A program made the position numbers and the translations under genes. Below the pieces are notes generated by a model. It was not told the origin of the DNA. It saw only the letters and a program-made list of their open reading frames with translations, and did no database searches. A DNA stretch of 64,000 nt from Wickerhamiella versatilis (taxonomy: Eukaryota), in NCBI GenBank assembly GCA_030867685.1, contig JAQOWU010000007.1, positions 310,001-374,000 on the forward strand. Direction: 5' to 3'. Each line of letters opens with the position of its first letter. The first letter of the stretch is position 1. Below, piece after piece: positions 41,261 to 49,332 of the stretch.

Positions 41261-44200
41261 TGAAGACAATTAAATAGCCCCTTTTTTCCTGCCTTTTTAA
41301 TCTGGTACTGAAACGGAACGAAATGGCAATATGGCACATCACAGTACATCTCAATATGCTTATAACGGTCTCCACACTGCGGGCATAGTTGACCTGACTC
41401 GTTATCCCAACTAGGCGTCCAGCCCAAGGATACCTGGTGGCAGGACATGCATTTCTTTGTGGTCTTGCTGGGTGAACGCTTCTGTATAGACCCAGTACAC
41501 TCATATCGTGGACAATCACTAGTTACTTCTTCAGACAGCGGGATATACCCACAATCTTGACAGAAACTTCCATGTTCCTCGTACCGGAGATGACACCAAT
41601 TACACTCTTTGCCCTTGCCAATCGGGCTTTGGTGCCAACTGATGGACCGAATCGTACTGCAAGAAATACAAGGGAATGTAGCAGAGGAGCAAGAAGGACA
41701 CGATACGATTTCCCCGTTTAGCTTCCTATATTCTTTTTTGGTCAGCTCTTTTTTACCTGTTGGCGGGATGAAACCACATCCCGTGCAGTGCGATTTGTGG
41801 ACACAAAATCGTGCAGCACATATGCCGCATAGCTTTCCCTCAGTACTGCTCCAGCTTTCCCAGTCTGCTGAACAAGACCTCATGCATGAAATGCATGCTG
41901 CCGGATTTGCACATTTGCATTGCGTCTGTCTGCAGTATGGGACAAACCGGCATTCGCTGCAATAACTCTTACGTTTCTCGTATCGTGTGCCACAAGCCTG
42001 GCATAGCTTCTGGTCAGGATCCCAGCTGGGGAGCCACTGTGCCGATTCTGTGGCTTCGCAGGAAATGCACGCGGTCTTCGGTGTGCACTTTGTGCAAGCC
42101 AATCCTTTCCTAATCTCTGCATCGTATGGCACGAAGTTGCAATTCTTGCAGTAAACTTTATGGCTTTCATACCGCTTGCTACAGGTAACGCACAGTTTAC
42201 CCTCCTCTCCATTCCAACTCCGGCACCATGCGTTGGTCACTAATTTCTGGCAAGAAATACACATGTTTCCCTCGTCAGTGACGATGATCGGATTCTGGCA
42301 CTTACTGCAGTCAAAACTCTTGCGACCTTGTTCGTCAGCCTGTGCCTTGTTTACTTCGGCTTTGAACGGAACGTTTCCACAGTCGCAGTGAATGCCGATT
42401 CTCTTCCACCGCACTCCACATGTATCACATAGCTTCTTCTCCGGGTCCCAGCTCGAAAGAAACCTCGCTACATTTTGCTCTTCGCAGCAAATGCATTTCT
42501 TCCCTGTTTCGCTCTCACTTCTCTTCTGGACTAGTGTGTAACGGCTCGGCTGTGAGCAATTAGGGCATGCAAATACCGGTTCTCCCTGGTTGCTAACTCT
42601 CTCATTCTTCTTGATAAGTTCCCATTGCTCATCGCTAGGGACAAATCCGCACTCAGTGCAATGTACACGATGCTTTCTGTAACGCTTAGAGCACGAGTAG
42701 CATAATTTAGCTTTTTCATTATCCCAACTCGGATACCAATTGTCTGAGTGAGTGCTACATCCAGCGCATTTCCTCCTTTGTAGATTCGTGAATCTCGGTA
42801 CATTTGCCCGGTCAGACCATCCTTCAGCCTTGCGCTCGGCACCCTCCGCCATCATTAGCATGCCACAGGCTAGCACATACTCGAAACTATTTCGCAGCCT
42901 CAGCTTGATCACACGGCCTTTCTTGTGTAGCGGTGTGGCTGCAAACCGAAATTGTTCGGGGCTGCGCTGCCAGTTTTCATCGGACGCCCTCGAGCGCTCA
43001 TCGGGCTTTTTACGGGGTGTCGCAACCCGCGACATGACCCTAAAAAGTGCCTCATCACCACCAAATCTAATAAAGTATGCTTTCTGAAGATCATTCGTTT
43101 CGTCTGCCCATCGGTATACCTTTGCCTCTCTGATGTGCACCCAAGCACTGATCCCGAGCGAACGCGCAATTGCCACAACTCTCATGCACAGCTCTTCGTA
43201 TACTGTTGCGATGCCGTACTCCTTTGACCACTTACTTTTGTAGCCCTTGCTTTCCGTAAGTCCAGCCAGAAACGATTCCCGCCAAGACACGGGGGCCGTT
43301 ATCAACCATTCCGGCGCAGTCTTGGTATGCACTTTTTTCTCATCTTTAATCATCTCTCCACGAATTCCAGAAGCAAGAAAAAGTCTCCACAGCCAGTTTT
43401 TTGTTGTCATGTTACGTCCATAACCTATATAACCATCGTGAATCGCAATCTGTGCGGCATAGTGCCGATGGGGATTCTCTTTCGCAGGAAGTTCTGGCTC
43501 ACCACGTTCTTTAGCAACCTTTCTTGCGGAATTTTGGTTTTTTTCCCATTCCTCTGCCAATCTAGCAGTTTTCTTCGTATGTTCCAGTAATACGGAAAGC
43601 TTTTTACGATCGTCGTCATCCTGATGGGTTAATTGTATTGTGACCCGCTTCTTATTCTGAGGTCCCCAGTATTTCTCTAAGATATCCTGAGGTAGATGGC
43701 CATAGTCAATATCGCAATCAAGGCCCAACTTCTCTGCATACACCGCGAATCTTTTCATGGACTCACTATCTTTGGAGTCGACTGCAATAAACGGAAATTG
43801 CATAAATCCATCGCCAACCCAAGTCCCAGCAAGGTACCAGAACTCATCCAAATTGCTTTCAGGGATATAATGAGATGCCATCTCTTCAAAGGTTTTTCTC
43901 TGTGGACACTTGCACTCCAGCTGGCCGGGACGTGTCTCAAATATACTGGCAGCGATTTTGTTATGCCTCCTCAAGTTGGATTTTGGATTAATTGAATCTA
44001 TATTTGCAGAGATTCGCCTTCTCTCAGCCTCATCCAGCTTATCAGCATTTCTTGGGAGCTGGTATAAAACTAGATCCCTCAGCTCAGAGGACCAGCGGAT
44101 TTCACTGTACGCCTCACCATCAGACTTTCTAGGTATTTTTGCATCAACCTTATCCCGCAATTCTGCCTTGGCCTGTTCTGCATTTGCTGCCAACTGACTC

Positions 44201-45150
44201 GTTCTCGCCTTTGCAGATCCGGCGTAGTATGTTTTCATCGTTGAGGTTTCGCGAGCCTTTGGAAAACTTCTCGTCTCACCATTTCTACCGATTAACGATT
44301 CATGAACGAGCTCGCGGTAAGTTACCTGATACCCTGGGTTCTCACCACCAAGACGGGGGCATGGATTGAGATTTCGTTGCTTCACGGTCACTTTGAATGG
44401 CTGCGATCCTCCTACCACAGCCTTTTGATGACCAAAAATATCATACGTCAGTGCTGTACTATTCCTCGAGACCTCGTAGAGCTCGCTCCATCCAGCCTGT
44501 ACACCTTCCACCTGTTGAGAGACACCATAGCGGTCAAGCACAAAGTCGCCAGCAACGATGTCTTTGGCCATTTTACTACTTCCATCGGCCATTCGTATCC
44601 ATTCGTGTTCCTCCACACCACTAGACAGATCCTCAGGCTCGAAATAATCGTGAAGCAGATTGTTCTCGTGATCCTCCTTGGATCGCTTGGCCCTAATTTC
44701 CTCCTCTTCGAAGATAGACTCAAATATTTCCTCAATTGAGTCCTCCAAAATGACCGTGTCCTCCAAATCCCCCTGCTCATCTTCTGGCTCATCAGAGTCA
44801 ATTACGAAGTCATCAAACAGAGAATACATCACGTTATCGTGTTTTCCACCAAGTTTACCGCTCTGGTTCAAAATTTCAAGATTTCCGCCGGCTCCATCAT
44901 CATTTGCCTCGCCGGAGTCGTTGTTATCGGCAAAGCTGTCGGCAAAGTTCGCGAATGCAACATCCATAGCGTTATTATAATTGCGCTCTTTATACACTAT
45001 GTTTGACCTTGAATTCTCGAGGTGTGGACGTGTGGCCCTGGCCTCCCCTTCGGGTGCGACCTGCGAGCCTGCTGAGCGCTCGGCTCTTTTAGTACCCGCC
45101 GAATTGGAGGGGCACTGCAGAGAGCTACTCGATTCGTTATCTCCCCCCAT
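41215..45150 (-). CDS. HO/WHO-family intein-derived LAGLIDADG protein with seven C-terminal zinc-finger modules
   Basis: Hint-N 'WIRMADGSSKMAKDIVAGDFVL'; LAGLIDADG-1 'WYLAGTWVGDG..PFIAVDSKD'; LAGLIDADG-2 'RESFLAGLTESKGY'; 'IATVY...VAIARSLGISA'; Hint-C 'FEYVLACG'; then HO-like fingers. ATG options at 45150 or 44967. Confidence 0.9.
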   Translation of the reverse strand: MGGDNESSSSLQCPSNSAGTKRAERSAGSQVAPEGEARATRPHLENSRSNIVYKERNYNNAMDVAFANFADSFADNNDSGEANDDGAGGNLEILNQSGKLGGKHDNVMYSLFDDFVIDSDEPEDEQGDLEDTVILEDSIEEIFESIFEEEEIRAKRSKEDHENNLLHDYFEPEDLSSGVEEHEWIRMADGSSKMAKDIVAGDFVLDRYGVSQQVEGVQAGWSELYEVSRNSTALTYDIFGHQKAVVGGSQPFKVTVKQRNLNPCPRLGGENPGYQVTYRELVHESLIGRNGETRSFPKARETSTMKTYYAGSAKARTSQLAANAEQAKAELRDKVDAKIPRKSDGEAYSEIRWSSELRDLVLYQLPRNADKLDEAERRRISANIDSINPKSNLRRHNKIAASIFETRPGQLECKCPQRKTFEEMASHYIPESNLDEFWYLAGTWVGDGFMQFPFIAVDSKDSESMKRFAVYAEKLGLDCDIDYGHLPQDILEKYWGPQNKKRVTIQLTHQDDDDRKKLSVLLEHTKKTARLAEEWEKNQNSARKVAKERGEPELPAKENPHRHYAAQIAIHDGYIGYGRNMTTKNWLWRLFLASGIRGEMIKDEKKVHTKTAPEWLITAPVSWRESFLAGLTESKGYKSKWSKEYGIATVYEELCMRVVAIARSLGISAWVHIREAKVYRWADETNDLQKAYFIRFGGDEALFRVMSRVATPRKKPDERSRASDENWQRSPEQFRFAATPLHKKGRVIKLRLRNSFEYVLACGMLMMAEGAERKAEGWSDRANVPRFTNLQRRKCAGCSTHSDNWYPSWDNEKAKLCYSCSKRYRKHRVHCTECGFVPSDEQWELIKKNERVSNQGEPVFACPNCSQPSRYTLVQKRSESETGKKCICCEEQNVARFLSSWDPEKKLCDTCGVRWKRIGIHCDCGNVPFKAEVNKAQADEQGRKSFDCSKCQNPIIVTDEGNMCISCQKLVTNAWCRSWNGEEGKLCVTCSKRYESHKVYCKNCNFVPYDAEIRKGLACTKCTPKTACISCEATESAQWLPSWDPDQKLCQACGTRYEKRKSYCSECRFVPYCRQTQCKCANPAACISCMRSCSADWESWSSTEGKLCGICAARFCVHKSHCTGCGFIPPTGKKELTKKEYRKLNGEIVSCPSCSSATFPCISCSTIRSISWHQSPIGKGKECNWCHLRYEEHGSFCQDCGYIPLSEEVTSDCPRYECTGSIQKRSPSKTTKKCMSCHQVSLGWTPSWDNESGQLCPQCGDRYKHIEMYCDVPYCHFVPFQYQIKKAGKKGLFNCLQCGKRMRKRKFRTQY

Positions 45151-45566
45151 ATAAATAGCGAAGACTACCGCCAATGTCCCAGGAACGGTGGATTAATATA
45201 GGCTGGTGGGGCCCACAGATTAGGGTTAGGTTATGGATTAGGACTGGGTCTCTTGACGCATGGTCCCTGAATAGGAGAATCACGCGATTTAATCAAGGAA
45301 TTATTGCATAGCATGGATATTCACGTCGTTTAAATATTTTTCCCCCGCTTCTTTGGAAGTGAGGACCACGTGCCCCACGCCTGCGACCCGACTGGCATCA
45401 CACTTATCCTTAAAATAGCACTACGTAATCCACATGCGTTATCAAATTACCTGAGAATTGTTGGATAATGCAAGATAACCCACAATGGTCTCTAGTTAGT
45501 CCTTAGTACCATAAAACTTGCAACCGATATACATCCTAGAGGCTTAATTATTGACTAGCCTAGACT

Positions 45567-47171
45567 TCACATAGCATACCTAAACTCCGGATTCTCGAAA
45601 TCGGTGAGATCCGCAAACTCGGGGTTCTCAATCTCGGGGGGGAGCTTCTCATCCTTCTTGTCGCGGCGCCAGTTGCGCCAAATGTTTAACATTACCAATA
45701 AAACGTTCATTCCTAATGATGCCGCCATGGTGGCGGCCATGCTCTTCTTCCCTGTAGGGTAATTAGGCTCTTCCGACCCCTTAAAAGTCTGGGGACCCAC
45801 GATATTTCCGGCGCTGTACAGAGCCAAAAACAATCCGTTCGTCACAAGTTTTTTGGTGAACCCCCCGGAATTTGACCCAATGTTAGACAAGAAGGCGATC
45901 ATCCCAACCGGGGCTGCCCAGTTCGATGCATAATTTCCGAAGAGCTGCGAGCCAGGGTTGGGCCCCCAGGCAAGCAGGCAATAACAGAGGACTGCTATGG
46001 CATTACACAACACGCAATACACTTGCCGAGTATTCTTGAACACAAACATGGACAAAATCCCGGTGAGCCAACATCCGACGAATTCGGCACCGCCTCCCAC
46101 TAGCGTCATTTTCAGCGAGTCAGGAATCTTTGTGAATCCCAACCCTTCCAAAATAATCGTATTGAAGTTTGTTGAAGCGCCGTTCGGAACATCGGAAAGG
46201 AAGATGTAAAACCCGGCTAGCCAGGTCGCGGGATCATACAATGCCTCCCACACCTGGTACATCTTGATCGTACGAGTACCATAGCCAGCGCTTCCATTGT
46301 GCTCTCGGATGACCTGCACCTGCCACGCACGCTCCTCCTCGCTAAGGAACCATGCCTGCACGGGAGTATCCGGAACGTGAAAATAGAACACAACACTAGT
46401 GACTAGCGTTATTAGGCCCATGGTGAGCATGAGCGCCCGCCAAGAATCCATACTCATAGTTGTGCTTACGCTGAGATTGTAGAACCCCAAGGCAAGTGCT
46501 GTGGCCAGAACTGTACCGAGGCCGTTGAAGCCAAACCAGAGGCAGATCCGGCTGAAATGGGACCGCCGGGGAAACCACTGGGTAGTGATGATGGTAAATG
46601 CCGGTGTGACTACTGACTCGAGAATACCAAGGATCACGCGCGTAGCCACTAATCCAGCGTAGTTCTGGCTTGCGGAGGATACTGTGAGAACAACTGCCCA
46701 TGAGAAGTAGCATATAGATATCACCTTGCTCACGGGGTACCGTTGCAAGATAAATACCATGGGCATGACGCCCACAAGGTATCCAAGGTAGAAACTGCTA
46801 CCAACCCAGGAGTACATTGCACCTTTCATATCGAGATCATCTCTGATTCCCAATACACTGGTACCATTGATGACGGTCTTATCGGCGAACTGGAGGCAGT
46901 AGCACCACCCCATGAAGGTGAATAGATATGCGTCGGCCTTGAAGGCGAGCCGCCGCCGCACATCCGGCGGGACCTCCTGCCCTTCGTGAGAATTATGGGC
47001 ATATTTCAGGGCGATATCGCCCTGTTCGTGCTCTTTCTGGTGGTGGGCGAACCGGTACGAGATCTGCGTCGCGTTGGGATGCAGCTCCGTGGTACGGCCC
47101 TCATCAAAACTGGTCCGCACGACGGTATTGTCGTCGCCTTTTTCCACACTGTCCAGTTTCTCGGAAGACAT
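45567..47171 (-). CDS. Allantoate/dipeptide permease (Dal5 family MFS)
   Basis: 'CYCLQFADK', 'YSWVGSSFYLGY', 'AWFLS.EER', 'N.GG.TKK', 'GNIVGPQTF', C-terminal 'EFADLTDFENPEFRY'. Confidence 0.92.
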   Translation of the reverse strand: MSSEKLDSVEKGDDNTVVRTSFDEGRTTELHPNATQISYRFAHHQKEHEQGDIALKYAHNSHEGQEVPPDVRRRLAFKADAYLFTFMGWCYCLQFADKTVINGTSVLGIRDDLDMKGAMYSWVGSSFYLGYLVGVMPMVFILQRYPVSKVISICYFSWAVVLTVSSASQNYAGLVATRVILGILESVVTPAFTIITTQWFPRRSHFSRICLWFGFNGLGTVLATALALGFYNLSVSTTMSMDSWRALMLTMGLITLVTSVVFYFHVPDTPVQAWFLSEEERAWQVQVIREHNGSAGYGTRTIKMYQVWEALYDPATWLAGFYIFLSDVPNGASTNFNTIILEGLGFTKIPDSLKMTLVGGGAEFVGCWLTGILSMFVFKNTRQVYCVLCNAIAVLCYCLLAWGPNPGSQLFGNYASNWAAPVGMIAFLSNIGSNSGGFTKKLVTNGLFLALYSAGNIVGPQTFKGSEEPNYPTGKKSMAATMAASLGMNVLLVMLNIWRNWRRDKKDEKLPPEIENPEFADLTDFENPEFRYAM

Positions 47172-47787
47172 AGACTGAGGAATGGTTGGCGGGGAGCCTT
47201 ATCGGGAACTAATTGGTGAAATTTATTATGTAATTGGCGTTGATAAGGGTGATTCAATTAACCGCGGCGCCCCGCGTAATAAATTGGTAACGTGTGAACT
47301 AGTTTGTATATTGGTCCCAGGAAAACCCTTTCATGTCTAATATTCGCTTGCGAATTATTTTACATCGATACTGCTACTGGAAAACTCTCACGTCGAGTTG
47401 CGACTAGCCGCCCGTACTGCAGGCCTATCCGAGAGGTTAGGGTACTTGTCTCAACGAGGCAACTAGTCGGCACAGTGGCTATTCTAGCTCCAGTTCTCTG
47501 GTCTGTTATCAGGCTTATGGTCTATGAGCTTTCCAAAACTTGGACAAAGTAAACTATGGCCATGCTATCCTGAGTAATAATCAAACCGACCCATGACCTA
47601 ATATATAGTGGCTGGATAATGGCCACACGTCGCGACCATCATTTTCTATATCTCATAAGTTAGGACCAATGCAAAATAGCCACTAGCCATAACCAGGTTC
47701 ATCAGATGGCTCGGATAATGTGCTGGTTAGATCATTTGCGATGTATGCCTTCGCGACTACCACTTGCAGGGCCGATGGTCTAGGTGC

Positions 47788-48747
47788 TCACGGCCTAGGC
47801 AGGAACTGCTCATACCTCAAAACAACATCCTTCCAGTGCTCTGGCTTGCGCCCCGTGAGCTTCTCAACATCGTTAGTCGGGTGAATCATGAATTGCTTCG
47901 CGAGCATCTCCCCACAGCATGTCAAGTCATTCATGCATAGCTTCATGGGCAGCTTCGAGAAGTCGCCGGTCGCGGCATCCCATGGTAATCCCTTGGAGTC
48001 CCACCATCTGATCAGCCACTCGTCAGGGACGTCGACAAATTCGCCCCGGTACCCGGTGTGGTCACAGATGAACTCGAATACCTCCTGATCGGTAACCGCC
48101 TCGGGGCCCGTTAGATGGTAGACCGTGTTCGGCTTCCCCTTGCCAAGCATCAATGCCCCAAACACCCTGCCACAGTCGTCCCGGGACACATATGCACCGG
48201 GCTGGCCGTGCGTGATATTGAACCACTTGTTGCCGCAGAATTTCCAGCTCGGGGCAAATAGGGTGGGCAGGTTATCGGCATACAGGTAATCCCGCTGGAA
48301 GTTCCATTGCAGGCCGGAATTACGGACGATTTTTTCGATGGATGCATGGTCGCGGGGTAAAAACGGGACCTCGTACTCCGACTTGACCACCTCGCCAAGA
48401 CCTGCGCCAATGAACGACGTGTAGCACACCCGCTTGACCCCTGCCGCCTTGGCGGCCTCAACAATGTTTGCAGCCTGCTGGGCGCGGCTTCCAAATGCCC
48501 AGGTTGAAATGAATCCCACCGCCTTGGCCCCGGCGAACACCTTTTTCATTCCCTCGATGTCCCCGTAGTCCACCCGCTCGAGGTTGATTCCGCTAGAGTT
48601 CCACAATTGTTGCGTTGCAGCGTCAATTGACTCTGGCTTATAGCTTCCAAACACAATCTCCTGGTGGGACTGCCGATTCTCCAGCATCCATTGCGCAGCA
48701 ACTCCGCCCAGATGGCCGTCAACCCCAGTGAGAACTAATTTTGTCAT
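47788..48747 (-). CDS. NmrA-like/atypical SDR NAD(P)H-binding oxidoreductase
   Basis: 'VLTGVDGHLG', 'AAKAAGVKR..YTS', 'DH...E', 'VSRDD', 'LTGPE', 'VEKLTGR.P'. Confidence 0.85.
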   Translation of the reverse strand: MTKLVLTGVDGHLGGVAAQWMLENRQSHQEIVFGSYKPESIDAATQQLWNSSGINLERVDYGDIEGMKKVFAGAKAVGFISTWAFGSRAQQAANIVEAAKAAGVKRVCYTSFIGAGLGEVVKSEYEVPFLPRDHASIEKIVRNSGLQWNFQRDYLYADNLPTLFAPSWKFCGNKWFNITHGQPGAYVSRDDCGRVFGALMLGKGKPNTVYHLTGPEAVTDQEVFEFICDHTGYRGEFVDVPDEWLIRWWDSKGLPWDAATGDFSKLPMKLCMNDLTCCGEMLAKQFMIHPTNDVEKLTGRKPEHWKDVVLRYEQFLPRP

Positions 48748-48853
48748 GTGGTGGGATTATTATGGGCTAACATTAATTTTATATTTTAAAATTAGGTCGT
48801 GTTTCTCGTACCCCACACCGCTGGCCGAGGAAGCCTGCCGAGGGAGAATTGCG

Positions 48854-49327
48854 ATGTCAGCGCCTGCGCCAGGGTGGTCTGCGAAGAAGTACAGAGAGCT
48901 GTCCCTAGACGAGCTGTATGCCCTTCTAAAACTACGTTCGGACGTGTTTGTGGTTGAGCAGGCCTGTGCGTACCCTGATATAGATGGGGCAGATCGTACA
49001 GAGGAAGTGGTTCACCTGATGGACTACGACGATAGCACGGCCACTATGCGGCGCTACGCCCGCCTCGATGTGGACGGGAATGATGGAGCCGTCCACATAG
49101 GCCGGGTGGTGGTGTCACCAGCAGTGAGAGGTAAGGGCCAGGGACGCGAACTTGTGGCCCGCGCGGTGCAGGAGGCGGAGAGCAGGTGGCCGGGCCGCGA
49201 GCTGAGGCTAGCCGCCCAGACATATGCGCAGAAGCTCTACTCTGGTCAGGGATTTGTTGTGTCAGGCCCTGTATTCTTGGAGGATGGCATCGAGCATGTC
49301 CACATGGCCCGCGCGGCCTCGAAATAG
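48854..49327 (+). CDS. ElaA-family GNAT acetyltransferase
   Basis: 'ELYALLKLRSDVFVVEQACAYPDIDG', 'IGRVVVS...RGKG.G', 'L.AQ', 'FLEDGIEH..M' match bacterial ElaA; ATG at 48854. Confidence 0.92.
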   Translation: MSAPAPGWSAKKYRELSLDELYALLKLRSDVFVVEQACAYPDIDGADRTEEVVHLMDYDDSTATMRRYARLDVDGNDGAVHIGRVVVSPAVRGKGQGRELVARAVQEAESRWPGRELRLAAQTYAQKLYSGQGFVVSGPVFLEDGIEHVHMARAASK

Positions 49328-49332
49328 AAGGT

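Noticed and set aside
41230-41265. Canonical -1 programmed ribosomal frameshift site
   Set aside because: GGGAAAA and AAATTTC are not in X-XXY-YYZ phase relative to the upstream frame; kept only as an open possibility.
42845-44619. Active intein within a host protein
   Set aside because: Lacks the N-terminal Cys/Ser and C-terminal His-Asn, and the flanks are not a recognisable conserved extein.
45220-45242. Telomere-like TTAGGGTTAGGTTATGGATTAGG upstream of the HO-like gene
   Set aside because: Only one perfect TTAGGG unit; too short to call an interstitial telomere and could be chance or a factor-binding site.
45175-45566. Possible FBA1 or VMA1 fragment, or terminal repeats, flanking the HO-like gene
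   Set aside because: No recognisable aldolase or V-ATPase peptide and no direct or inverted terminal repeats found by eye on either side.
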